A stretch of 64,000 nt of DNA from Candidatus Bathyarchaeota archaeon (GCA_963726255.1 CAVSBL010000002.1:64001-128000), one strand, 5' to 3'. Counted from the first letter of the stretch, positions 20,596 to 32,957 are shown. The notes: a model not told the origin generated them from the letters alone. Made by a program: numbers and translations.

Positions 20596-20668
20596 CAGCA
20601 TTTCGCCACTAGCCGTCGGGACGAGTAACACGTTTCCCCACAATCCTACAACACAAATTGAACCACAC
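20596..20668 (+). repeat. Direct repeat copy A of the TA-hotspot repeat
   Basis: CAGCATTTCGCCACTAGCCGTCGGGACGAGTAACACGTTTCCCCACAATCCTACAACACA aligns with 21424..21498. Confidence 0.7.
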
Positions 20669-20865
20669 ACCCACGCCCGCGCGGGAAGCCGCCCCAGAAA
20701 AATGGTGCCTAACATATGCTATACACCCACAGCAGGCGAGAATCGCGAAATCGCCCCCAAACGGCTCACCCTGCTTTTCTCGTGCCAGTTTCGTTTTCTT
20801 GAAACCGCTGGACCTCTCTAGCCTTACTGGCCCCTCGCATCCCCTCGATTCCGCGTCGTGTGAAA

Positions 20866-20888
20866 GCGGGTGTGGGGTTTTGAACCCA
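20866..20888 (-). other. Degenerate tRNA 3'-end-like remnant
   Basis: Minus strand reads TGGGTTCAAAACCCCACACCCGC, resembling a T-arm plus acceptor 3' strand. Confidence 0.4.
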
Positions 20889-20896
20889 TGAGGCGC

Positions 20897-21118
20897 CTAT
20901 AGAAGTTTCAGTAACTCATTCTTCGTGAGCTTGGTCTGGCTCAATATATCCATAAGGGTTGACTTGTTGACTTCTTCGTGTATCGGAACAACTGTACGTC
21001 TTCCGTCGGGATGTCGCATGAATACGTGACTCCCTTTCTGTCTGAGCGGGACAAACCCGACTTTGCTTAGGGCTTTTATGATTTCATTGCCGGAGAGAAT
21101 GGGGAGTTTTTCAGACAA
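20897..21118 (-). CDS. hicA: HicA-family toxin
   Basis: KALSKVGF..RQKGSHVFMRHPDGRRTVVPIH. Confidence 0.92.
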   Translation of the reverse strand: MSEKLPILSGNEIIKALSKVGFVPLRQKGSHVFMRHPDGRRTVVPIHEEVNKSTLMDILSQTKLTKNELLKLL

Positions 21119-21335
21119 CTATTGGAATCAGCTTGCCGCCTTCTTTCTTGGCTTCAGCCTCGTACTCTTCGAGCACCAGCTCGATCGCTTCCTTGATGTT
21201 GGATAAGGCCTCCTGCTCTGTCTTACCTTGACTGATGGCCTCAGGTAATTCCACACATCTCACAGCATAGTGCCCAGAATCCTTGTCCTTCAGAAGGCGA
21301 ACTGTAAACGTCCTTTCAGCCATGGTCAGTTTCAC
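21111..21335 (-). CDS. hicB: HicB-family antitoxin
   Basis: ELPEAISQGKTEQEALSNIKEAIEL. Confidence 0.92.
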   Translation of the reverse strand: MKLTMAERTFTVRLLKDKDSGHYAVRCVELPEAISQGKTEQEALSNIKEAIELVLEEYEAEAKKEGGKLIPIVV

Positions 21336-21378
21336 ACTGAGTGCGATAACGCAATGTTGCGTATTAGGCTTCGTTTCA

Positions 21379-21404
21379 GCGCCGGTGGTAGGATTTGAAC
21401 TCGC
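21379..21404 (-). other. tRNA 3'-end remnant (Ser-like), possible att scar
   Basis: Minus strand reads GCGAGTTCAAATCCTACCACCGGCGC; similar to 60267..60294. Confidence 0.55.
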
Positions 21405-21423
21405 AGCCTTACAGAAAAGCCCT

Positions 21424-21498
21424 CAGCATCTTCTCCACCGGCCTTAGGGGCGAGTAACATGTCTTCCCCATAAAACTACACCACATATGGAAACACTC
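21424..21498 (+). repeat. Direct repeat copy B of the TA-hotspot repeat
   Basis: Core 21431-21465 is 31/35 identical to 22843-22877. Confidence 0.8.
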
Positions 21499-21554
21499 GA
21501 CCGATATGCCACGGCTTGCCGTGTGGGTTCCACGCCAAGAGGAGCACTAGCGAG

Positions 21555-21989
21555 TTACACGGCATGTATCGTTAGCTTGCGGCGGCCATGCTCAACTCTG
21601 CGTAGCCGAATCAGTTCCTTATCGAATGTTACGAACTCTGGAACAGAAGGGTTGACAAAGTTCGCCAAAATTAACGCGTCCCTGCCGCCGAGTCCATATC
21701 TTTCTGCGAACTTTAAGCCAGTCTTGGTCGTGTCCTTAGTCTGATTTAGGAATAGGACATGGTTGTCGTCGAGCATCTCCGTGAGGACTTCCGCAGCATC
21801 ATCTGATGCCCATTTCATCTTGAAAACCAGGGTATGGTAAGTTTCATGCACGACTGCTGGATTCAACGCAACTCTACGAGAGGCCAATGAACTTACTTTG
21901 CTATGCTGAGGGTGCTCTCGGTCAATATACGCGACCAGAACGTTTGAGTCTACCGCCAGATGTTTTTGATCTCTGTCGGCGTGGGCCAT
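21555..21989 (-). CDS. PIN-domain VapC toxin (true start probably near 21960)
   Basis: AVDSNVLVAY...GRDALILA...VTFDKEL. Confidence 0.88.
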   Translation of the reverse strand: MAHADRDQKHLAVDSNVLVAYIDREHPQHSKVSSLASRRVALNPAVVHETYHTLVFKMKWASDDAAEVLTEMLDDNHVLFLNQTKDTTKTGLKFAERYGLGGRDALILANFVNPSVPEFVTFDKELIRLRRVEHGRRKLTIHAV

Positions 21990-22186
21990 TCTGGTCTACC
22001 GGTTCTTTTAGGTGTTAATCCGCAAAGCTGCTTCCAGGTTCTCTTACCCTTGCGAACAGGTTTGATCACTATACCCTCTTCTTGCCTCTCAACCCTAACA
22101 ATAGTTCCTTCTTCAAGCCCGGCGCCTTCCCTGACATCCTCGGGAATGAGTACTCTGCCACGTTGATCGACAACAGTCTGAGTCAT
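21950..22186 (-). CDS. AbrB-family antitoxin
   Basis: VDQRGRVLIPEDVRE..GL; overlaps the PIN gene. Confidence 0.88.
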   Translation of the reverse strand: MTQTVVDQRGRVLIPEDVREGAGLEEGTIVRVERQEEGIVIKPVRKGKRTWKQLCGLTPKRTGRPEWPTPTEIKNIWR

Positions 22187-22359
22187 ACATATTCCCACTG
22201 AATAAGTGGGAAACACCATAAAGGTTTTCCCATCAAGAACCCATTGATCAATGGTGGTGGATTGAGGAAATATGGCTTCACTCTACAGAAAGATGCGGCA
22301 ACCCCTCAAACATTTGATTGGGAAGAGGCGTTATCATCGAAGGGTCCCCATAGAGGAAC

Positions 22360-22802
22360 TTGAAGAGAAGATTGAGCGAAGATAAGGAACGTTACTACGT
22401 CGGTAGCAACGTTTTCTTTTACGCCAAGATAATGGACCGAGAGTACGGCCCTTCCTGTGCCGAGGTCATCAAGAGCATACATGGGTGTAGAATTCTTGCT
22501 GCAACGTCTACTCTTGTCGCATTAGAGGTTGCCAATGCGCTTCGAAAATTCGGACTGAGCAGGGAGGTCAGGCATACAGTTGATTCGATCTTTTCGCTCA
22601 GAATGCAAGTTGCAACCTTTGAACAATCCGACCTCAGGAACGCGATGAATACTTTCCACAAGTACCTGATAAGTCCTTACGACTGCGCCCATCCAGTCAT
22701 GATGAAGCGCATAGGGCGCAGGTCATAATCTCCGCCGATAAAGATTTTGACAAGGTCGCAGAAATCAAGCGGAGAGATCCCAGATTCTTCATAGATGATT
22801 AA
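22360..22802 (+). pseudogene. Inactivated PIN-domain toxin, preceded by an antitoxin remnant
   Basis: YVGSNVF lacks the catalytic Asp; the C-terminus IISADKDFDKV..IKRRDP lies in another frame after about 22720. Confidence 0.75.
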
Positions 22803-22842
22803 CAATACGACCCAACTTGGTCGGCCCGCCTAGAAAATGGAG

Positions 22843-22877
22843 TTCTCCACCGCCATTAGGGATGAGTAACATGTCTT
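22843..22877 (+). repeat. Direct repeat copy C of the TA-hotspot repeat
   Basis: TTCTCCACCGCCATTAGGGATGAGTAACATGTCTT. Confidence 0.8.
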
Positions 22878-22925
22878 GCTCCTAAACTGGCGACACCCCC
22901 CCTTAGGGGAACAAATGGGTCGACG

Positions 22926-23222
22926 TGTTGGCCGTAACCCACCTTCTGTTTTAGGCGACATTCATCTAGTCGGGATACCCGCGCCTCAGGCGGTTTTCAC
23001 GGGCGCCTATTATCCCTTTCACAGCGTGTGTAGGCATTTCACCCTTACCGCCAGCCTCCTCAACGCAAGCGCATCATAGTCGTCGGCTGGTGGAGGTTTT
23101 TTTCTGCGCCTTAACCCAACCTCTCGGCTGGCACTTCACAGTGCCACGCTTCCGCCATGTGGGTGGAGTTTCCTCAAGCCCAATACGCATAGGGCCCGGA
23201 GTCGCTCACCAACTCGCCAACC
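22926..23222 (-). ncRNA. rnpB: RNase P RNA
   Basis: Minus strand contains GAGGAAACTCCACCCAC (CR-I) and AAAACAGAAGGTGGGTTAC (CR-V), which form P4; ends approximate. Confidence 0.93.
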
Positions 23223-23295
23223 CACTAATGCCCACCCGTCTGCAATACAGAAATGTTTCGCAATTGGGTGCGTGTGAAAAATTCACTTAAATAAG

Positions 23296-23943
23296 GTGTC
23301 AAATCAATCGAGTTCAACCTTGGACTTCGGTCGTTACGGTTACGGGAGGCAGGGCAGTCTCTTTTCCTCGCCTACGATTGTCCTGATACTCGTGAACGTT
23401 CTCGTTTTCATAGTAATGTTGATCAGCGGGGACGCGGGAGATTGTTCGTCCTCCACCTGTCAGTTTCTAGCGCAGGAGAACTATCTTGTGTTGGCGGGCT
23501 TCTATTGGCAGTTGTTCACTTCAATGTTTGTTCACTTTGGCTTCACCCACATAATCTTCAATATGTTTGCATTGTACTATTTCGGGCGGCTTAACGAAAC
23601 CGCATTCACGGCTCCGAAATTTCTAACAATTTACTTGGCATCCGGGTTACTCGGTAGCGTCATGTCACTGGTCTTGTTGCCGGCTGCAACGGTTTCCGGA
23701 GGCGCTTCGGGGGCCATCTTCGGTCTCGTAGGTTCATACGTGGCTGTTGCAAGGAGGGCGCAACACATGGGTGTCGCTTTGATTTACGCAGTTATACTGT
23801 TCGTTCAAAGTAGCCTGTTGCCAGGTGTGAACATCTTCGCACACCTGTTCGGTCTAATCGGGGGCCTCGTACTCGGCTTGGTCCTCTCAGTTGGGCATGA
23901 GCCGTCAGGCTACAATGTCAGTTACAGTTACCCTACCTCTTAG
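23296..23943 (+). CDS. Rhomboid intramembrane serine protease
   Basis: WQLFTSMFVH, HIIFNM, GASGAIFG and AHLFG. Confidence 0.93.
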   Translation: MSNQSSSTLDFGRYGYGRQGSLFSSPTIVLILVNVLVFIVMLISGDAGDCSSSTCQFLAQENYLVLAGFYWQLFTSMFVHFGFTHIIFNMFALYYFGRLNETAFTAPKFLTIYLASGLLGSVMSLVLLPAATVSGGASGAIFGLVGSYVAVARRAQHMGVALIYAVILFVQSSLLPGVNIFAHLFGLIGGLVLGLVLSVGHEPSGYNVSYSYPTS

Positions 23944-23951
23944 TGGCAGCT

Positions 23952-25610
23952 TCACTTCAGCATCGGCATCTTGATTTTTTTGTCTCTTGCCACCTTGATT
24001 GCCGCATCGTATCCCGCGTCAGCATGCCTCACTACGCCTATACCAGGGTCTGTTGTGAGGACACGCTCAGCCCGCTTCTCAATTTCCTTAGTTCCATCCA
24101 GGACGAGACACATGCCTGCGTGGATGCTGTAGCCGATGCCGACGCCGCCGCCGTGGTGGACGGAAACCCAGGTTGCGCCCGCAACTGCGTTAAGCAACGC
24201 GTTCAGTATGGGCCAGTCAGCAATCGCATCCGACCCGTCCTTCATGTTCTCCGTTTCCCTTCTGGGGGATGCGACGCTACCAGTATCCAAATGGTCTCGC
24301 CCAACCCAGATCGGGCCGGATAGTTTTCCCGCGGCAACCATGTCGTTGACGATCTTGCCAAACTTTGCTCGCTCGCCATACCCCAACCAGCAGACCCTTG
24401 CTGGTAGCCCTTGGAATTTCACTTGGCTACGCGCCTTATCGATCCACCTTACAAGCTCCTTGTTGTAGCCGAACTCTCTCTTCAGCATCTCATCGATGGT
24501 GAAGATATCCTCCTTATCGCCTACCAGAGAAGTCCAACGGAAGGGGCCTCGACCTTCACAGAACATGGGGCGAATGTATTCGGGCACGAATCCTGAAAAG
24601 GCAAACGCTTCCTTGAAACCGGCGTCATAGGCTTGCTGCCTTATGTTGTTGCCATACTCGAAAGTAATGGCGCCCCGCCGCATCATCTCAAGCATTGCTT
24701 TCACATGCACCATCATGCTTTCTTTGGCGCGCCTGACGTACTCTCGAGGGTCGGCCTTCCGAAGTTCATCAGCTTCCTTCACGCTCAGCCCCGCCGGGTA
24801 GTATCCGTTCAGTGGGTCATGGGCGGAAGTCTGATCTGTTACAATGTCAGGGATGACGCCCCGCTTAACTAATTCAGGATGGATCTCCGACGCGTTACCG
24901 AGGAGTCCAACACTCAGACTCTTCTTTGAGTCCTTCGCAGTCTTCACGATCTGTATTGCTTCATCTATATCGTCAGTCCACTTCTCTAGGAATCCATGCT
25001 TGAGCCGCCTATCAATTGCGGCTTTGTTCACTTCGACAACTAAAGCGATGCCATCGTTCATAGTCACGGCTAAGGGCTGCGCGCCACCCATCTCTCCAAG
25101 TCCCGCAGTGAGGACGAAGCGTCCTTCGAGGGTTCTGTTGAAATGGTTCCTAGCGACCGAGGATAATGTTTCGTAAGTGCCCTGGAGGATTCCTTGCGTT
25201 CCTATGTACGCCCAAGAGCCGGCGGTCATCTGCCCATACATTATCAGGCCCTTCTGCTCCAACTCGTAGAAGTAGTCCCAAGTAGCCCACTTCGGCACGA
25301 GCATTGCATTGGATATTAGGACGCGCGGAGCCCACTCATGTGTTTCAAAAACTGCGACTGGCTTCCCGCTCTGAATCAACAACGTTTCATTCGGTTCAAG
25401 CGCCTGAAGCGTTTGAGTAATCTTCTCAAAGCACTCCCAGGAGCGTGCGGCTCGGCCAGTTCCACCGTAGACGATAAGGTTGTCAGGGTCCTTGGCAACT
25501 TCTGGGTCGAGAACATTATGTAACATTCTGTAGGCGCCCTCTATCTGCCAATTCCTGCAGTGCAGTTTCGTCCCCGCAACGGCCGCAACCGACGGCTTCA
25601 GCTTCAACAA
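23952..25610 (-). CDS. hutU: Urocanate hydratase
   Basis: [30 protein letters not shown] and HHGGGVGIG. Confidence 0.97.
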   Translation of the reverse strand: MLKLKPSVAAVAGTKLHCRNWQIEGAYRMLHNVLDPEVAKDPDNLIVYGGTGRAARSWECFEKITQTLQALEPNETLLIQSGKPVAVFETHEWAPRVLISNAMLVPKWATWDYFYELEQKGLIMYGQMTAGSWAYIGTQGILQGTYETLSSVARNHFNRTLEGRFVLTAGLGEMGGAQPLAVTMNDGIALVVEVNKAAIDRRLKHGFLEKWTDDIDEAIQIVKTAKDSKKSLSVGLLGNASEIHPELVKRGVIPDIVTDQTSAHDPLNGYYPAGLSVKEADELRKADPREYVRRAKESMMVHVKAMLEMMRRGAITFEYGNNIRQQAYDAGFKEAFAFSGFVPEYIRPMFCEGRGPFRWTSLVGDKEDIFTIDEMLKREFGYNKELVRWIDKARSQVKFQGLPARVCWLGYGERAKFGKIVNDMVAAGKLSGPIWVGRDHLDTGSVASPRRETENMKDGSDAIADWPILNALLNAVAGATWVSVHHGGGVGIGYSIHAGMCLVLDGTKEIEKRAERVLTTDPGIGVVRHADAGYDAAIKVARDKKIKMPMLK

Positions 25611-25660
25611 ATCTCGTCGCGTAGTACTGGTTTGTTAACCGATTTTAACTTTAGGCAATT

Positions 25661-26932
25661 TCAAGTGAGGCGGCCGTTCCGTGCAGCGATTTTGCCGTTC
25701 TTCACGGCGGTCTCTACCATGTTCAAACCGAGACGGTATGCGAGGAATCGAAAGTCAGGGGCGTTGAGAACCAAGATGTCTGCCTTCTTTCCGGGCTCGA
25801 TGCTTCCGATTTCGTTCGCTTTTCTGATTGAATGGGCTGCGTTTATTGTGGCCGCGGTGAGTGCTTCCGCTGGAGTCATTCTTAGTTTGTAGCAGGCGAG
25901 TGCGAGTAGCAGTTGATGGTTCTCAAGCCAACAGCTCGGGCTGAGGTCGCTTCCGAGGGCTACGGCAATTCCTTCAGAGATCATTCGCCGGGCGTCAGCA
26001 TACTTGTCCAACATGAGGGTTAACGGTGCGGCTGGCAAGAGTGTTGCTATGACGCCACTCTTCCTCATCTGAGTTAGGCCGGTTGCGGAAGCGTAGAGTA
26101 AGTGGTCGGCAGAGACTGCGCCGACCTCAGCTGCAAGTTCTGCGCCTCCGAGAGGATAGAACTCGTCTGCATGGATTCTCGGTAATAGTCCCGCCTCTCT
26201 CCCCGCCAATAGAATTCTTCGTGAGTCTTCCACTTCGAAAACGCCTTTTTCACAGAAAACGTCGCAGAAGGAGGCTAGCTGGTTTTTCGCGACCTCTGGT
26301 ATCCATTCTTCGCAGATTGCGGTGACGTATTCGTGAGTTTTTCCTTGGAATTCGGGTGGAACCGCATGCGCGCCCAAGAACGTAGGGATGAGATTGATCG
26401 GCCCTTCGCCGTCTAGCTGCTTGATGACCTCGAGCGACTTGATTTCATCATTCAGAGTTAGGCCGTAGCCGCTTTTGGCTTCGGCGGTTGTCGTTCCGTG
26501 CAGCAGTAGGTTGTTGCAACGCTCTCTGCAAATCCGTAACAGTTCGTTTTTTGATGCGGCGCGGGTATCGCGTACGGTTCTGAGGATTCCTCCTCCTCTT
26601 TGCAGGATCTCCATGTATCCTGCCCCCTTAATCTTCAACTCGAACTCTGTTTCGCGAGAGCCTGCGAAAACGAAGTGGGTGTGGGCGTCGACAAATCCTG
26701 GCGTGACAACTTTTCCGGTCGCGTCGATTCTTTCGGGAGCTGTATATTCGGATAGGAGTTCGTTTGATTTTCCTACTGAGACGATCTTTCCATTCAAGAT
26801 GGCTATGGAGCCGTCTTCAATGATGCCTAAATCTTCCATTTCCGGGCCGACGGCCGGTCGGTCCTGGTGCCCTTTTACGGTTATGAGTTGCTTCGCATGT
26901 TCGACTATAAGTTGGACTTCTTTTCTTGACAA
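25661..26932 (-). CDS. hutI: Imidazolonepropionase
   Basis: DAHTHFVFAGSRETEF, EAKSGYGL, FLGAHAVP and DVFCEKG. Confidence 0.96.
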   Translation of the reverse strand: MSRKEVQLIVEHAKQLITVKGHQDRPAVGPEMEDLGIIEDGSIAILNGKIVSVGKSNELLSEYTAPERIDATGKVVTPGFVDAHTHFVFAGSRETEFELKIKGAGYMEILQRGGGILRTVRDTRAASKNELLRICRERCNNLLLHGTTTAEAKSGYGLTLNDEIKSLEVIKQLDGEGPINLIPTFLGAHAVPPEFQGKTHEYVTAICEEWIPEVAKNQLASFCDVFCEKGVFEVEDSRRILLAGREAGLLPRIHADEFYPLGGAELAAEVGAVSADHLLYASATGLTQMRKSGVIATLLPAAPLTLMLDKYADARRMISEGIAVALGSDLSPSCWLENHQLLLALACYKLRMTPAEALTAATINAAHSIRKANEIGSIEPGKKADILVLNAPDFRFLAYRLGLNMVETAVKNGKIAARNGRLT

Positions 26933-27339
26933 AAGCCTACCACATTCTTCCTACGTGAGCTGGTGGGTGGGGCGTGTTGTTCTGCGTTGTGATTGATTAA
27001 ATTGGAACATATTCTCGATTCTTTAACATCGGCATGCTTATATTAACGCCGAAGGCCTACCTATAATTTGTCAACTCGTCCTTTCGATGGGTTGACTTCC
27101 CGCGATTACCCGGCGGCGGCGTCAACTTGACTTAGCAGGGCTAAAGCCCTTGGATGAAATGTTGACCTCCATTTGCGGGAACAGTAATGAAGGCCTAAAC
27201 AAACTTGGGTTCCTCACGGCTCCCATGGACGTTTAGGTCTAAGATTGGCTTGCAGTCATTCTGTCAAATTCCAGTCCGTTCAATTTCTTTAAACGGCTGT
27301 TTTCCAAAAAATCGTCCTAGCTAATCGGTCAGCTTGCCA

Positions 27340-28887
<1,548 letters not shown>

Positions 28888-31120
28888 TAGTAAATTCGAA
28901 TGGACTGGAAGACAAATGAGTTGTGACTGCGAGCCAAGATGCGATAATGCAGCTTCCGAGCTAACATTCGGAAGCGAAGGGTATAGTGATCATTCACTCC
29001 GAAACGGATGATCATGATGAACACCGTGCATAGGCCTCAACGTTAGACGAGTGTGGGTTCCATAGTAAGTTCGGCATGATAAGCCACCTGAAGGATGGCT
29101 GGGCTTGGGCACTGAAGAAGGGCGTGGCAAGCTGCGATATGCTCCGGGTAGCCGCATGCAGGCTTCGATCCGGAGATACCCGAATAGGACTTCCAGCCGC
29201 GGGTGAAACCTGCGGCGCTCCGAAAAGGAGCGGGAACCTCCCGAACGGAAGCATCCAAGTAGGGAGAGGAACAGAAATCAATTGAGATTCCCCCAGTAGC
29301 GGCGAGCGAAAAGGGAACAGCTCAAACTGAACCTGCATGGGAAACTATGCGGGAATGTGGGGTTATAGGGCCCGACCGCGCCCTCGCTCGAGAAGTTGAA
29401 GTGGCCTGGAACGGCCCACCGTAGAGGGTGAAAGTCCCGTAAACATAACCGAGCAAGGTTTGGGTTGGTGTCCCTGAGTACTACGCCCCGGATTGGGCGT
29501 AGAAATTTGGGAGGAAGCAACTTCCAAAGCTAAACATGTCCCAAGACCGATAGCGCACTAGTACCGTGAGGGAAAGCTGAAAAGTACCCCGGAAGGGGGG
29601 CGAAAAGTGCCTGAAATCAGGTGGTAACAGTTGTGCACAGCCCGAAAGGGTAGATCCCCTCCGAAGGAAACCGCGGCAACGCGGCTGTACGCAAGAGGGG
29701 GGACCAGGGTTGTGCGTTCCGTTTTGTACCACGGGCCGGGGAGTTCATCTTCGTGGTGAGGCTAAGAGTGTGATGCTCGAAGCCGTAGGGAAACCAACAA
29801 GTTCGCAACGTCGCAAGACGCGAGGAACGAGATCTGAAAGGGTCTGAAATCACGGGGATGACACTAGAAACCGAGTGATCTAGCCTTGGGCAGGGCGAAG
29901 CCGGGCGAAAGCCCGGTGGAGGCCCGCATGGGTGATGACGTGCAAATCTCTCCGTTGACCTGGGGCTAGGAGTAAAAGGCCAATCTAACTCGGTGATAGC
30001 TAGTTCCCGCCGAAATATCTCTAAGGATAGTCTGGCCGGAGGTTGCCAGCGGGGTAGAGTACTGATTGAAAAACAAGGACTCGAAAGGGTCCACTTTTCG
30101 TTCAAACTCCGAATTCGCTGGCGCCGTAGAAGGCTGGAAACGGATGTGGGGGGTAAGCTCCCATGTCGCGAGGGGAACAACCCAGACTAGGGTTAAGGTC
30201 CCCAAATCCTGGCTAAGTGTAGAAATAGAAAGCGGTCCTCAACCACAGACAGCTGGAAGGTAGGCTTAGAAGCAGCCATCCTCCAAGCAGTGCGTAACAG
30301 CTGACCAGCCGAGGTTGGGGGCGCCGAAAACGAACGGGGCTAAGCCAGGTACCGTTACCCTAGAACACGATGCATAATCGTGTTGGTAGGCGGGCGTTGT
30401 GGCTGGGCGGAAGCTGGGTTTTGAGATCCAGTGGACCGGCCACAAGTGTAGATCCCGGTGGTAGTAACAGCCATAGAGGGGTGAGAATCCCCTCCGTCGA
30501 AGGGGCAAGGGTTCCCCGGCAATGCGTCGTCAGCCGGGGGTAAGTCGGCCCTAAGGCAACCCTTAACCGGATAAGCCGAAAGGGAAACCGGTTAAAATTC
30601 CGGTACCACGGAGGTACACGCGGCAACGCAAGTCCGCAATCTGACGCTTGGGGATAAGTTGAGTGGGGCCGTCGCCCCATTTAACCCGTCAAGGCCGGGA
30701 AGTACCATAATGGTGAGAACCGGCCGAAGCGGGAAATAGCCGCCCGTCTTAGGGTGGTTCAGCCGAGTCCTCGAGCCAATGAAAAGGAGCACGGAATGAA
30801 TCCTCCGTGACCGTACCTAAATCCGACACAGGTGCCCCTAGGTGAGAAGCCTTAGACGTATCGGGTGGAACTTAGGCGAGGGAACTCGGCAAATTAGCCC
30901 CGTAACTTCGGAAAAAGGGGTGCCTGACGTTTTGGCGCAAGCTGGAACGCCAGGTCGCAGTGACTCGGGAGAAGCGACTGTTTACTAAAAACATAGGGAA
31001 CCGCCAGCCCGAAAGGGTGTGAACGGTTCCTGAGTCCTGGCCAGTGGCGGTACCTGAAACTCGGGTTCAACCAAGCTAAGGGCCGCTAAACGCCGGGAGT
31101 AACTCTGACTCTCTTAAGGT

Positions 31121-31822
31121 AAACAGTGGTTTGCCTTAACCAAATCCGGCTATATGCTGGAAGGTCTGGCGAATGTCACACTACTCCAATCGAACCTCCA
31201 AGAAACATAAGCAACCTTGGACTACGGTTGAAGTGAAAAAGTGTTGACTGCAGATAATCAGCAGGAAAGGCTGGATCCGCGATGGGTCACGGGATTCGTC
31301 GACGGCGAAGGATGCTTCCATATCTCCATAAACAAGCAACCAAAGATGAGCATGGGATGGCAAGTATTACCAGAATTTCGAATAGTGCAACACAAACGTG
31401 ACGAAGCACTTCTCAAGGAACTTCAACGATTCTTCAAAGCTGGGAAAGTGGTTGTGAATCACGACCAGCGAAAAGAACTCAGAATACGAAAATTGAATGA
31501 ACTGACCAACGTGATTGCTCTCTTCGAAAAATATCCACTAAGGACCAAGAAAAGCGAAGATTTCGAAGTTTTCAGACAAGTCTTGCGCGCAATGAAGCAA
31601 CGCGAACATTTGACTCGTGAAGGACTCGACAGGATAGCTAACCTTTGCTGGAAGATGAATCGAAAAGTGAAGCCGCGGTATCTAGAATCCTCAGAGACTC
31701 TACGCCGGAAATCGCTGAAGTGCGATTAAGATATAGTCCGACCCCTGTAGCGATGCAGGGAGGTTTGCGATGTGCAAACCCGCCTACAATATTTCTGTTA
31801 GGTCACGGAAGTAACAGATGTG
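31121..31822 (+). mobile_element. Group I intron at 23S position about 1931 (702 nt)
   Basis: Exons rejoin as CTCTTAAGGT|AGCCAAATGCC; P1 TTAAGGT/GCCTTAA with U-G; core elements ATGCTGGAA, AATCAGCAGG, TCAGAGACT and AAGATATAGTCC; terminal G. Confidence 0.93.
31241..31729 (+). CDS. Single-motif LAGLIDADG homing endonuclease (intron-encoded)
   Basis: WVTGFVDGEGCF, FRIVQH and PLRTKK..DF. Confidence 0.93.
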   Translation: MLTADNQQERLDPRWVTGFVDGEGCFHISINKQPKMSMGWQVLPEFRIVQHKRDEALLKELQRFFKAGKVVVNHDQRKELRIRKLNELTNVIALFEKYPLRTKKSEDFEVFRQVLRAMKQREHLTREGLDRIANLCWKMNRKVKPRYLESSETLRRKSLKCD

Positions 31823-32957
31823 AGCCAAATGCCTTGTCGGGTAAGTTCCGACGTGCATGAATGGATCAACGACTTCTCCGCTGTCCCCGCCTAGGGCCCG
31901 GTGAACCCACAACCTGGACGAACAGTCCAAGGTCTTCCAGCGGGGCGAGAAGTCCCCGTGGAGTTTTACTGCAACCTGTCGCTGGGATGTGATTGCGGGT
32001 ACAGAGTGTAGGTGGGAGCCTTCGAAGTCAACTCTTCGGGGTTGATGGAGGCAACAATGTAACACCACCTATCTGCGATCGCATCTCTAACTGTGCCTTA
32101 GTGCACAGAACAACGGCTGGCGGGCAGTTCGGCTGGGGCGGCACCCCCTTGAAAAAATATCAAGGGGGCCCAAAGCTTGGCTCATCCGGGACAGAAACCC
32201 GGAGTAGAGGGCAAGACCAAAAGCCAGGCTGACTGGATGCTCATCAGCAAGGCATCCAGAGGCGAAAGCCGGGTCTAGCGATCATTCATGTCCCCATTGT
32301 TGGGGGCTGGATGTGACAGAAAAATTACCCCGGGAGTAATTGGCTCGTCTCCTCTGAGAGTCCCCATCGACGAGGAGGATTGGTTCTCCGCCGTCGTCCC
32401 TTCCCATCCTGGGCCCGCAGCAGGGTCCAAGGGCGCGGCTGTTCGCCGATTAAAGGGGAATGCGAGATGGGTTTAGACCGTCGCGAGACAGGTCGGCCTC
32501 TACCTGCTGGAAGTGCTGGTTGCCTGAGGGGAAGGCGCCCCTAGTACGAGAGGAACGGGGTATCGCAGCCTCTAGTTTACCGGTTGTCCGACAGGGCACT
32601 GCCGGGCAGCCACGCTGTCGAGGATAAGGGCTGAAAGCATCTAAGCCTGAAGCCTCTCCCGAAAAAAGGCAGCCATTCTAACCCAAGACACCTGGCAACG
32701 GGCGTCAGGGTTGGACAAGGGCTCCCAAAGAAGATGGGTTTGATGGAGCAGGCGTGTAAGCACGAAGACTTCGGTCGACGTGTTTAGCGCGCTGCCCCCA
32801 ATCGCTCAAGGTGCTGAACTGAAAATGGAATCCACCGTCAAATACACGTTCGAGGCCTATGCACGGTGCGAACCACTATCCCCTAACTCAGTTTTTTATA
32901 CGTGTCACACCGTAGAATCCACTCCGAACTTTCCTTACAGACGACGGAGACCTGACC

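Larger units (their letters stand above)
29068..32820 (+). rRNA. rrl: 23S rRNA, interrupted by a group I intron
   Basis: Helix 1 AGTTCGGCAT/GTGCTGAACT, sarcin-ricin loop AGTACGAGAGGAAC, flanking BHB processing stem. Confidence 0.98.

Noticed and set aside
20596-22877. Classical integron attC array
   Set aside because: No R''/R' boxes or attC hairpin and no intI in the window; kept only as an analogy.
23952-26932. hutU-hutI without hutH/hutG as a novel pathway
   Set aside because: hut genes are often split; the others may lie outside the window.
28888-29067. tRNA-Ala in the 16S-23S spacer, or a linked 5S rRNA
   Set aside because: The spacer holds only processing stems; nothing 5S-like follows the 23S.
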